From Thermomicrobiales bacterium (GTDB taxonomy: Bacteria; Chloroflexota; Chloroflexia; Thermomicrobiales; UBA6265): DNA of 64,000 nucleotides. The notes beneath the pieces are model-generated. The model made no database searches, was not told where the DNA came from, and was given only the letters and a program-made list of their open reading frames with translations. The translations under genes and the position numbers were made by a program. Positions 37,447-46,423 of the stretch are shown here, piece by piece. Every line of letters starts with the position of its first letter. The stretch's first letter is position 1. The DNA lies in assembly GCA_049841275.1 (NCBI GenBank), contig JASGDN010000042.1, positions 11,520 to 75,519 of the forward strand, written 5' to 3'.

Positions 37447-38158
37447 GCCAACACCGGCAACACCGGAGGCAGAACGCGATTCTGCCTCCGGTGCGGCCGC
37501 CAGGTCGTTGCGGTCCTTCCTGCCAAGAACTCCCGGCAGCTGGCTCGTCCTCGCGCTGGCGGTCCTGATCGCCGCAGGTGGCCTCATCTTCGCCTGGACG
37601 CAGTTGCCTCACGATCCGGGCGAGCATTCTCCCGAAGCCGGGTTCCTTCGCGACATGCAGACGCACCACAGCCAGGCCGTGCAGATGGCGATGGCTATCC
37701 GCGACCGGACGAGCGACGAGCAGTTGAAAGCGCTCACCACCGATATGGCCTTCGCCCAGGCGGGTGAAATCGGCATGATGCAGGGGTATCTGGACGCGTG
37801 GAATCTGCCGGCCACCGGGACCGACGCACCGATGGCGTGGATGGGGCATCCACTGGCGGACGGTGAGTCGATGCCCGGTATGGCATCGGACGAGGGTCTG
37901 GCGAAACTGAGCAGCCTTCCAGTCGATCAGGCGGAGATTCTCTTCCTGCAGCTGATGATCCGCCATCACCAGGGCGGAGTCGAGATGGCGCAGGCGCTCC
38001 TCGATCGTTCGGACAACGCGCTGGTGCGCGATCTCGCCCAGCGGATCATTCGCACGCAAAACAACGAGATCAACACCATGAACATCTTCCTGCAGGAGCG
38101 CGGGGCGCAACCGATCACCGACCCGCTCCCAGCGTCGCCCGACCACAGCGGCATGTAG
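37439..38158 (+). CDS. DUF305 domain-containing protein
   Basis: The ATG at 37439 overlaps the upstream gene by 8 nt. One TM helix, then two DUF305 repeats (FLRDMQTHHSQAVQMA; FLQLMIRHHQGGVEMA). Confidence 0.8.
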   Translation: MAEPTPATPEAERDSASGAAARSLRSFLPRTPGSWLVLALAVLIAAGGLIFAWTQLPHDPGEHSPEAGFLRDMQTHHSQAVQMAMAIRDRTSDEQLKALTTDMAFAQAGEIGMMQGYLDAWNLPATGTDAPMAWMGHPLADGESMPGMASDEGLAKLSSLPVDQAEILFLQLMIRHHQGGVEMAQALLDRSDNALVRDLAQRIIRTQNNEINTMNIFLQERGAQPITDPLPASPDHSGM

Positions 38159-38177
38159 CCTGAAACCGATTCGATAC

Positions 38178-38218
38178 GGCGACGGGGAAGGCATCAGATG
38201 ATGGCCTTCCCCGTCGCC
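38178..38218. terminator. bidirectional terminator hairpin
   Basis: Perfect 15-bp stem GGCGACGGGGAAGGC (38178-38192) / GCCTTCCCCGTCGCC (38204-38218), between the convergent DUF305 and paiB-like genes. Confidence 0.6.
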
Positions 38219-38242
38219 GTTCCCGGCGGCAGATACCGGGTG

Positions 38243-38884
38243 CTATTCCTCTCCGGCAGCCCGCCGCATGACCGCCGCCATCGCTTCGTCGTAGGCGTCG
38301 CCGGTTGCTTCGAGACCGGCGATCGCGCCGTCCCGGTCCGATGACACCCGGTTCTGGCTTGCCTTGATCTTGCCTACCAGCCGCGCCACAGGAATCTCGA
38401 TACCCACGATGTGGTCCAGCTGGCCGGCTAGATAAGCTTGTGGCGCATCGGCCATCTTCCAGTCGGAATCGCGGCGGCGCTCCATCTGGCGAGTGAGCAT
38501 TCCAGCCTGTCCACGAAGCCATTTCACATCGTCACGAACGATCAGTGACCCACTTACATGCGCGACGGCGTAATTCCACGTCGGGACCACCTCGTGGGTC
38601 TCCTGTTTCGTCGCATACCAGGCCGGCGTGATGTAGGCGTCGACCTCCTGGAAGATGACCAGGATGGGACGATCCACAGGATGCGCCTGCCAGAGTGGAT
38701 TGGCCCGTGCGACGTGACCCAGCAACCGGGCGAAACCGTCGCCGCGCCGATCGAGGACAAACGGGATGTGATTCGCCACGATCTCGTCGCCGTCGAGCGT
38801 GATCAGCGTCCCCAACGGATTGCGCTCGATCAGGGCGTGCAAACGTTCGGGGTCGTCCTCACGAAAGTGATCCGGAAGGTACAT
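38243..38884 (-). CDS. FMN-binding negative transcriptional regulator (PaiB family)
   Basis: The ATG at 38884 gives MYLPDHFREDDPERLHALIERNPLGTLITL..., a typical PaiB N-terminus. 213 aa. The ORF-track extension to 39292 overlaps mutY and is rejected. Confidence 0.8.
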   Translation of the reverse strand: MYLPDHFREDDPERLHALIERNPLGTLITLDGDEIVANHIPFVLDRRGDGFARLLGHVARANPLWQAHPVDRPILVIFQEVDAYITPAWYATKQETHEVVPTWNYAVAHVSGSLIVRDDVKWLRGQAGMLTRQMERRRDSDWKMADAPQAYLAGQLDHIVGIEIPVARLVGKIKASQNRVSSDRDGAIAGLEATGDAYDEAMAAVMRRAAGEE

Positions 38885-38901
38885 CGGCGGCGCTCCTCGT
38901 C

Positions 38902-39888
38902 TCAGGGCAGGCGAACGCGGAGGTTGCCAAGTTCGGCAGGTTCCGGTTCGGATACATCGTAGGGGGCTGGTTCCTCGGCGATCATCGCGAGGCCGTCCCG
39001 CTCCAGCCCACGCACGACCTCGAAGATCCACGGCAGGTCTTCCTCGGGCTCGAACTCGGGGCGCACCTGCGGCCCGATCTCCGCGAGCGTCATCCCGGCA
39101 TGCTCGCGGTCGCGATCGCGCAGGAGGTCGACCACACGCCCACGGAAGTAGCGGTTCGATTCCTTGAACGGAACTTCCTTCTTTTTCGCCGATCCCTTCG
39201 GAAGCGTCGCCAGGATCGACTGGATGGTTGGGCGAGCGGTGCAGACCGCCTGCAGCGGACAGACCATGCAGAGCGGTTTCCGCGCCGAGCATTGCAGGGC
39301 GCCGAACTCGATCAACGCCTGGTTCCAGTTCCAGCCATCGCCCGGAGGAATGATCCGCTCCGCAAGGGGAATCAGCTCGCGATCAGAGGCCACCGGCTCG
39401 GGAACCTCCGGACCGACGAAGACCCGATGCAACACGCGCCGCATGTTTGTGTCGACGAACGGCACGTCCAGCTCGAAAGCGAAGCAGGCGATCGCGCCGG
39501 ATGTGTACTGGCCGATGCCCGGCAGCTCCCGCAATTCGCCGATCGTCTGCGGAAACATGCCTCCCCGGGCAACGACTGCCTGCGCGGTGCGTTGCAGGTT
39601 GACCGCCCGCCGGTTGTATCCCAATCCAGCCCAATGGCGGATCACCTCGGCGGTCGGCGCCTCGGCCAATGCCTCGACCGTCGGAAAGGCCTCCAGCCAG
39701 CGTTCGTAGTAGGGGATGACGCGATCGACCTGCGTCTGCTGGAGCATCACCTCCGAGACGAGGATGCGGTAGGGGTCGCGGGTATACCGCCATGGAAGGT
39801 CCCGGCGGTTCGCATGCCACCATGCGAGGAGGCCCGAACGGACGGCTGCAATCTTGTCGGGGTTGGGAAGAAGGGAAGCGTCATTCAT
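38902..39888 (-). CDS. mutY: A/G-specific adenine DNA glycosylase
   Basis: LLAWWHANRRDLPWR, the HhH-GPD core (LPGIGQYTSGAIACFAF), the 4Fe-4S cluster loop (CSARKPLCMVCPLQAVC) and a C-terminal NUDIX-like domain. The start is ATG 39888 or 39954. Confidence 0.9.
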   Translation of the reverse strand: MNDASLLPNPDKIAAVRSGLLAWWHANRRDLPWRYTRDPYRILVSEVMLQQTQVDRVIPYYERWLEAFPTVEALAEAPTAEVIRHWAGLGYNRRAVNLQRTAQAVVARGGMFPQTIGELRELPGIGQYTSGAIACFAFELDVPFVDTNMRRVLHRVFVGPEVPEPVASDRELIPLAERIIPPGDGWNWNQALIEFGALQCSARKPLCMVCPLQAVCTARPTIQSILATLPKGSAKKKEVPFKESNRYFRGRVVDLLRDRDREHAGMTLAEIGPQVRPEFEPEEDLPWIFEVVRGLERDGLAMIAEEPAPYDVSEPEPAELGNLRVRLP

Positions 39889-39959
39889 GCCTGGAATTGT
39901 AGTGGGAACGCGACGGGCGGGGATGGCTGGCGCCATCCCCGCCCGAAAAGACACCCGCG

Positions 39960-40601
39960 CTACTTCTTGGGCGCCGGACGCGGGCGCTTGATCTCGAAGA
40001 CGTTCGGACGCTCGCGCACGACATCGGTGAACTCGTTGAAGAACGTCACCGGGTCGGACGGCATATCGCGGAAGTTGACCTGGAGATAGGCACCGAGGCC
40101 GTTGTCGTAGACGATTGTCGGCGTGCCGAAGACCCCGAGCTCCCGCTGACCGGTCGTGAAGTCCTCCTCGATCTGCGCGAAGACAGCATCGGACTTCAGA
40201 TCCTCACGGAACTTCTCGAGATCGAGGCCTGCCTCTTCGGCCGCCGATTCGAGGACGGACTGCACGGCGAGGTTCCGCCCGTCGATGTGGCGCTTCTTGA
40301 ACAGCTCCGCGTGAAACTTCCTGAAGGCTTCCTCACCCTGCTGCTTCGCCGCCCAGAACCCCTGGAACGAGCGCAACGTGCTGGAGGCGCCATCATTCGG
40401 CTGCTCCCAGACCTTGAACTCCGGGTCCTTGGCGTTCACCTGCTCCAGCGGGAAGATCTTCCAGGTGATGTCCAGCTTGCCGCCGCTCTTTTCGTTGACA
40501 TCATCCAACCAGACCTGCCCGGCCCAGGCAAATGGACAGGCATAGTCGAAGTACACGTCCAGCTTGACCGGTTCCGTCACGTTCTCGAGCGAAAAGGCCA
40601 T
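39960..40601 (-). CDS. DsbA-family thioredoxin-fold protein (monothiol CPFA variant)
   Basis: The ATG at 40601 has a GGAAGGA RBS. DVYFDYACPFAWAG occupies the position of the DsbA-like CxxC motif, but with Ala replacing the second Cys. 213 aa. Confidence 0.75.
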   Translation of the reverse strand: MAFSLENVTEPVKLDVYFDYACPFAWAGQVWLDDVNEKSGGKLDITWKIFPLEQVNAKDPEFKVWEQPNDGASSTLRSFQGFWAAKQQGEEAFRKFHAELFKKRHIDGRNLAVQSVLESAAEEAGLDLEKFREDLKSDAVFAQIEEDFTTGQRELGVFGTPTIVYDNGLGAYLQVNFRDMPSDPVTFFNEFTDVVRERPNVFEIKRPRPAPKK

Positions 40602-40617
40602 CCTATCGATTCCTTCC

Positions 40618-41214
40618 TCACGTGCGCGATACGCCAGACGAGAGCAGGTCGTTCCAGGCAGCAAGCACCTGTCGCCGGGTCTCGTCGAGCGTGCCGCTGT
40701 TGTCGATAACACGATCGGCGCGTTCGGCCTTTGTCCGGATGGGAGGTTGGGCCTCGATGCGCCTCCGTGCTTCCAGTTCATCAATCGTATTCCGTTTCAT
40801 AAGGCGTGTCATCTGGACGTCCGGGCTGGCGACGACAAGCCAGATGGCGTCGCAATGGTCGGCGTGCCCGCTCTCGATGAGCTTCACCGCGTCGACCACC
40901 ACAACCCCACGCTCGACGGCGTCCACGCGCCGGTCGATCTCGGCGATCACGGCGGGATGGGTGAGCGCGTCGAGTTCGGCCAGCTTCGCGGGATCGGGGA
41001 AGACGATCGCCCCGAGCGCCTTCCGGTCCAGCGAGCCATCCGGTGCGACGATCCCCTCGCCGAAGTGGTCGGCGAGGATTTGCAGCAGAGGTTGGCCCGG
41101 TCCGACCAGCTCGCGATAGACGAGATCGGCGTCGAAGTGGATCGCGCCGAACTCCTTCAGGATGACCACGACGGCGCTCTTCCCGCTCGCAATGTTCCCG
41201 GTGACCCCGAGCAC
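40618..41214 (-). CDS. coaE: dephospho-CoA kinase
   Basis: The GTG at 41214 has GGAG 9 nt upstream and gives (M)LGVTGNIASGKS, a P-loop at the extreme N-terminus as is typical for CoaE. The ORF-track extension to 41373 reads through a palindromic repeat and is rejected. Confidence 0.85.
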   Translation of the reverse strand: MLGVTGNIASGKSAVVVILKEFGAIHFDADLVYRELVGPGQPLLQILADHFGEGIVAPDGSLDRKALGAIVFPDPAKLAELDALTHPAVIAEIDRRVDAVERGVVVVDAVKLIESGHADHCDAIWLVVASPDVQMTRLMKRNTIDELEARRRIEAQPPIRTKAERADRVIDNSGTLDETRRQVLAAWNDLLSSGVSRT

Positions 41215-41262
41215 GATCTTGCGCTCCGCTGGCGGGGCAATTGGATCGAATGAACATCCCTT

Positions 41263-41333
41263 GTAGGGGCGATCACAAGGATCGCCCGAGGCTTCCCCGT
41301 AACACGCCGGGCGATCCCTGTGATCGCCCCTAC
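41263..41333. repeat. palindromic intergenic element family A (REP/MITE-like double hairpin)
   Basis: GTAG-GGGCGATC-ACAAG-GATCGCCC-G (41263-41288), a 19-nt spacer, then C-GGGCGATC-CCTGT-GATCGCCC-CTAC (41308-41333). The 26-nt arms are reverse complements with 1 mismatch. A second copy lies at 49896-49985. Confidence 0.7.
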
Positions 41334-41378
41334 GATCATTGGCGTCGAGAGCAGAAAACTCCTGATCGTGCACAGCAG

Positions 41379-43346
41379 TTATCCGACCCCCGCCGGGGAA
41401 ATGGTTTCCCAGCGGGCGTATGCATCGTCGAGGGAGGCCTGCACGCTCTCGTATTCCTCACCAAGGCGGGCGATGGCGTCGAGGTCCTCGTCGGCGCTGG
41501 CGATGGCAAGAGCGTCGGAGATCTGGTTGAGACGGCCCTCCAGCTTGCCGATCTCGCGTTCCAGCTGGGCCATCGCCTTCTGCTGGTCGTTCTCCGAGCG
41601 GCGGCGCGGCTTGCCCTTCGCGGAGACGACGACCTCGCCAGCCGCCTCGATGGGGGCGGCGGCAACGATCTCGGGAAGGGGGGCCGGTTCGGGCGCGGGA
41701 TCGGCCTTTTCCGGCTCACGGTCTTCCTCACGATGTCCGATGCTGCGCTGGTAGTCGGTGTAGTTGCCAAGCGAGACGGTGAGGCCGCCATCCTCAACGA
41801 CCCAGAGCTTGGTTGCGATACGGTCCATGAAGTACCGATCGTGGGAGACGAAGAGAATCGTGCCGTCGAAGTCGCGGAGCATATCCTCCAGCGTCTCGCG
41901 CGCCTGGATGTCGAGGTGATTCGTCGGCTCGTCGAGGATCAGGAAGTTCGCCTGTTCGAGCAGGAGCACACCGAGCGCCAGCCGCGACCGCTCGCCGCCG
42001 GAAAGGGAGGTCACCAGCTTGTAGACATCGTCCCCGGAGAAGAGGAAGCGCCCAAGGTAGTTCCGTGCGATCTCCTCGCTCATCGGACCGGTGCCGAGGA
42101 TCACGGAGAGTGGCGTCTCGTTCCCCTTGCCACGCAACTGCTCGTGCGATTGCGCGTAGTAGCCCGGCTTCACATTCGTGCCGTAGGTGTACTGTCCGGC
42201 CAGCGCCGGCAGCACCCCGACCAGCGTCTTGATGAGGGTCGTCTTGCCGCTGCCGTTCGGTCCGATCAGGCCGATCCGGTCGTTGCGCTCGATCAGGAGG
42301 TCCGGGGTATCGATGAAGACGGCGGGACCGTCCGGATCCTGATAGCCGATCTGCATCCTCGTGGACGACAACACCATCCGCCCGGACCGCACCGGGCTGC
42401 CGAGCCGGAGGTGAATCCGCTCGTGCTCCTGCGGCCGCGGAATCCGCTCCAGCCGGTCGAGCTGCTTCTGGCGGCCACGCGCCTCGCGATACCGCTGGCC
42501 CGCACCATACTTGCGGATGAACTCCTCCGTCCGGGCGATATATTCCTGCTGCTCCTCATACTCCTTGCGCCAGCGCTCCATGCGCCCGGCCCGCATCGGC
42601 AGGTACTTCGCATACGGCGCCGGGTAGTCTTCCAGACGTCCGAACGACAGTTCCATCGTGCGGGTGGTGACACGGTCGAGGAAATAGCGGTCGTGGGAGA
42701 CGATGATGCAAGCGCCGTTCCAGGTGCGCAGGAAGGTCTCCAGCCACTCGATCATCTCGAGGTCGAGGTGGTTCGTCGGCTCGTCGAGCAGGAGAAGATC
42801 CGGCGATTCGAGCAATGCCTTGGCCAGGGCGACGCGCGTCTTCTGGCCGCCACTGAGGCGATCGACCGGATCGCTGAAGTCGGCTTCCGTGAAACCGAGC
42901 CCATGCAGCACCGCCTCGGTGCGGTGGTCGATGTCATACCCGCCGCCCAGTTCGAACCGGGTCTGCAACTGCTCGTATTCGTCGAGGAGCGCATCGAGAT
43001 CCTCAGCGATCTCCATCTCGCGCTCGATCTCGCGCATGCGTGCTCCCGCCTCGAGCACGGGCTTGAACGCTTCTCGCGCCTCGTCGAGCACGGTACCGTT
43101 GCTGGTGAAGCTCGCTTCCTGCGAGAGGTAGGTCATGCGCAGGCCGTTGGCCTTGACGATCTCCCCGGAGTTGGCATGCTCGATCCCGGCAAGGATGGAT
43201 AGCACGGTCGACTTGCCGGCGCCGTTGACGCCAACGAGCGCAACCTTCTCGCGCTCCATCACCTGGAAGGAGACGCCGGAGAAGATGGTCTCCGTGATGA
43301 ACATCTTGGAAAGGTTGTTGACCGACAGGATGGTGGAAGCAGCCAT
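41379..43346 (-). CDS. ABC-F family ATP-binding cassette protein (two NBDs, C-terminal coiled coil)
   Basis: 655 aa. Two Walker A sites (GVNGAGKST; GPNGSGKTT), two signatures (LSGGQKTRVALA; LSGGERSRLALG), no TM domain, and a Uup/YheS-like C-terminal extension. Confidence 0.9.
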   Translation of the reverse strand: MAASTILSVNNLSKMFITETIFSGVSFQVMEREKVALVGVNGAGKSTVLSILAGIEHANSGEIVKANGLRMTYLSQEASFTSNGTVLDEAREAFKPVLEAGARMREIEREMEIAEDLDALLDEYEQLQTRFELGGGYDIDHRTEAVLHGLGFTEADFSDPVDRLSGGQKTRVALAKALLESPDLLLLDEPTNHLDLEMIEWLETFLRTWNGACIIVSHDRYFLDRVTTRTMELSFGRLEDYPAPYAKYLPMRAGRMERWRKEYEEQQEYIARTEEFIRKYGAGQRYREARGRQKQLDRLERIPRPQEHERIHLRLGSPVRSGRMVLSSTRMQIGYQDPDGPAVFIDTPDLLIERNDRIGLIGPNGSGKTTLIKTLVGVLPALAGQYTYGTNVKPGYYAQSHEQLRGKGNETPLSVILGTGPMSEEIARNYLGRFLFSGDDVYKLVTSLSGGERSRLALGVLLLEQANFLILDEPTNHLDIQARETLEDMLRDFDGTILFVSHDRYFMDRIATKLWVVEDGGLTVSLGNYTDYQRSIGHREEDREPEKADPAPEPAPLPEIVAAAPIEAAGEVVVSAKGKPRRRSENDQQKAMAQLEREIGKLEGRLNQISDALAIASADEDLDAIARLGEEYESVQASLDDAYARWETISPAGVG

Positions 43347-43628
43347 GAGGATTTATCCGTTGCAGGGTGAGTTCACTGGGAGGAACGGCGAGTGGGTCGC
43401 ACAGGAAAACGCCGCCAGAATCGCATCGATCCGGCGGTGGCCTCGGGTCCGGCGGCTGGAAGCCGCATCAGGCCCGGGTATGGTGCATCGTCACTGCGTT
43501 CGATAGAACAACACGCCTGCGTTCAATCCTCACTCTGCCTGGAGACGACGTGTAACGGCGGGTTTCGCCTCATGAGCCAAGTATAGCAGCGACCGGGAGA
43601 TGAGAGCGTGCCGATCATGTTCCAACGA

Positions 43629-44594
43629 CTATGATGTCGCGCCGGCCTCCGCAAGAGCGATGTCTCGCGTGCGCGTCCGGTTCCGGAGGTGGCGAACCGA
43701 GTCGATCGTCAGCACCACCAACGCGACCCAGACGATCCCGAAGCCGAACCAGCGTACGGGCGGAACATGCTCGCCGAAGATCGCAACCCCACAGATGAGT
43801 TGCAGAATCGGGGCGGAGAACTGAAGGAGTCCCATTGTCGTCAAGGGCACACGCCGGGCCGCCGCAGCGAAACAGACCAGGGGCAGCGGCGTGATAATGC
43901 CGGTGCCGACCAGCATCAGGCCATGCCAGGGCGCATCCTGCGAGAACGTCCCGCGTCCGGAAGCCTCCAGCCACGCAACGAGGATCAGCGCGAACGGGGC
44001 CAGGACAACCGTCTCCGTTGTCATACTCTCCAACGCGCCGATCTGCCCGCCGACCAGCTTCTTGATGAAGCCATAGATCGCGAACGAGAACGCGAGCGTC
44101 AGGGCGATCCACGGCAGGCGTCCGTAGTCGACCGTCATGACGAGCACGGCCACGGTCCCCAATCCGACCGCAAGCCATTGCAGTGACCGCAGCCGTTCGT
44201 GGAGCAGTAGCACGCCCATCACCACCAGCACAAGTGGATTGATGAAGTACCCGAGCGATGCTTCCACCACGTTGTCCGCCACGACGGCATAGATGTAGAT
44301 CCCCCAGTTCACCGAGAGGACGAGCGCAGCCAGCGTCAGCAGACCCAAACGGCGGGGCGACCGCAACAATTCCTTCGCCCAGCCGATATCCCGGATGAAC
44401 GCCCATACCAGCAGGCAGAAGACCATCGACCAGACGATGCGCTGCCCGAGGATCTCCAGCGCGCCGGCCGGCACGAGCAAGTGGAAGTAGATCGGAAAAA
44501 CGCCCCACATGCCGTAGGCCGCCGCACCGAGAAGGAAGCCCTGCCGGCTCTCCGCGTCGGATTGCGCCGTTGTCTCGTCCGCCATCGTCCCCAA
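43629..44594 (-). CDS. rarD: EamA/RarD family transporter
   Basis: 321 aa, 10-TM DMT-fold protein. The N-terminal GAAAYGMWGVFPIYFHLL matches the RarD signature. Confidence 0.8.
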   Translation of the reverse strand: MGTMADETTAQSDAESRQGFLLGAAAYGMWGVFPIYFHLLVPAGALEILGQRIVWSMVFCLLVWAFIRDIGWAKELLRSPRRLGLLTLAALVLSVNWGIYIYAVVADNVVEASLGYFINPLVLVVMGVLLLHERLRSLQWLAVGLGTVAVLVMTVDYGRLPWIALTLAFSFAIYGFIKKLVGGQIGALESMTTETVVLAPFALILVAWLEASGRGTFSQDAPWHGLMLVGTGIITPLPLVCFAAAARRVPLTTMGLLQFSAPILQLICGVAIFGEHVPPVRWFGFGIVWVALVVLTIDSVRHLRNRTRTRDIALAEAGATS

Positions 44595-44740
44595 TCCTCA
44601 TCTCCCACATGTCCCGACCTGTTACGGCATGGTGCCATGCCCACGAATGCAGGACAACACGCGCCGGCGTCCCGCACGGTGCTGGACGCTACAATCCCTG
44701 TCAGCATCGACACGTTCGTTCCCACATCCACGAGGCAGGC

Positions 44741-46078
44741 ATGACCGCATCCGTTCCCCTCACCACTCCTTCCGTCTGGCCAGTCACGACGACACGCGCC
44801 GACGATGGCTCGCTCGTCATCGGTGGCGTGCCGATGCCGGAGATCGCCAGGACCTATGGCACGCCTGTATACATCTATGACGAGGCCACGTTGCGGGAGA
44901 ACGCCCGCACCTTCCGCGATGCCTTCGCGGCGGCCTACCCGCGCTCGCGCGTCGTATTCGCGGGCAAGGCGTTCCTGAACGGAAGCCTGCTTCGCATCCT
45001 CCATGAGGAAGGGCTCGGGCTGGATGTCGTCTCGGGTGGGGAACTGTTCGTCGGCCTGCACGCAGGAATTCCGGCTGCGGAGATGAGCCTGCACGGGAAC
45101 AACAAGTCCCACGACGAACTGGCGCAGGCCATCGAGGCCGGGATCAGCAAGATCGTGGTCGACAACCTCCACGAACTCGACCTGCTTGCCGATCTCACCG
45201 CCGGGCTCGCATCGCCGCAGACGATCCTCCTGCGCCTCAATCCCGGCGTCGACGTCCACACGCACGCCAAGATCAGCACGGGGATCGCCGACTCCAAGTT
45301 CGGATTCCCGATCGCGAATGGCCAAGCCGCGGAAGCGGTGCGCAAGGCGCTCGCGATACCCGGCGTCCGCCTCGCCGGATATCACGCGCACGTCGGGTCC
45401 CAGCTCTTCGAGGCGCAGGCGACGCTGGACGCAATCGCCGATATCCTGGCCTTCGCGGCAGCGATGCAGCGCGACCACGGCGTGACGATGGATCACCTCT
45501 CACCGGGTGGCGGCTTCGGCATTGCTTACGAACGCACCGACGCCCCACTTCCCACGGGACAATGGGCGCAGGCGATCGCGGAGGCCATCCGGGCCGGATG
45601 CGCGCTGCACGACCTGCCGTTGCCGATCGTCACGATCGAGCCGGGCCGCGCCATCGTCGGCCCGGCGGGCGTGGCGCTCTATACCGTCGGCGGCGAGAAG
45701 CGCCTGCCGGGCATCCGCACCTACGTCTCGGTGGACGGCGGGATGGCCGACAACATCCGGCCCGCGCTCTACAACGCCGTCTACACGGCGGCACTGGCCA
45801 ATCGGAAAGGCGGCAAGGAACGGGAAACCGTGACGATTGCCGGCAAGTACTGCGAGTCCGGCGACCTTCTGATCGAGGGGATCGACCTGCCACCCCTCCA
45901 CCCAGGCGACCTTCTTGCGATACCTGCCGCAGGCGCCTACTGTCTGGCGATGGCGAGCAATTACAACTGCGCGCTCCGGCCCGCTGTTGTGCTGGCAGGA
46001 CAAGGAGAACATCATCTCATCCGGCGCCGGGAAACATTCGACGATCTCATCAGGAACGATATGTCTGTCCGGAGGTAG
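44741..46078 (+). CDS. lysA: diaminopimelate decarboxylase
   Basis: The ATG at 44741 gives 445 aa. Orn/DAP/Arg decarboxylase family 2 (FAGKAF PLP-lysine region; GGGFGI; EPGRAIVG; CESGD). The ORF-track start at 44570 is rejected. Confidence 0.95.
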   Translation: MTASVPLTTPSVWPVTTTRADDGSLVIGGVPMPEIARTYGTPVYIYDEATLRENARTFRDAFAAAYPRSRVVFAGKAFLNGSLLRILHEEGLGLDVVSGGELFVGLHAGIPAAEMSLHGNNKSHDELAQAIEAGISKIVVDNLHELDLLADLTAGLASPQTILLRLNPGVDVHTHAKISTGIADSKFGFPIANGQAAEAVRKALAIPGVRLAGYHAHVGSQLFEAQATLDAIADILAFAAAMQRDHGVTMDHLSPGGGFGIAYERTDAPLPTGQWAQAIAEAIRAGCALHDLPLPIVTIEPGRAIVGPAGVALYTVGGEKRLPGIRTYVSVDGGMADNIRPALYNAVYTAALANRKGGKERETVTIAGKYCESGDLLIEGIDLPPLHPGDLLAIPAAGAYCLAMASNYNCALRPAVVLAGQGEHHLIRRRETFDDLIRNDMSVRR

Positions 46079-46423
46079 GCCCGTTCCTTGCATCGGACAA
46101 ATGTTCGGTGTATCGTCTCACCTTCACCACGGCAGCATGCCCACCTGATCCCAAAGGGGAGGGCGCTGCGTCTCATCGGCGCTGGACCAGGCTTTGGCCT
46201 ATCATTCCGGCAACCCTGCGACGCTGCCGTGGCCGTGCCGCGGACCCGGACGTCGCGTTTGTGGATCTTCCGAAACCAACCTTGCGGCATCGCGCCGCAT
46301 GAACAGGCCATCCAGCGCCCACTCCATCGCCGCAGATGCGCTCCGGATCGCCGCCTCCCCGCCTGTGCCCGACGCCGGAATGTGGCCCGGCAGTCGAGCA
46401 CCCAGTTCGAAGGGGCTCGAACC

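Noticed and set aside
40618-41373. ORF-track version of coaE with a 53-aa N-terminal extension
   Set aside because: The extension translates the family A palindromic repeat (41263-41333). The P-loop would then sit 55 aa from the start, which is atypical for CoaE. A GTG with a good RBS at 41214 fits better.
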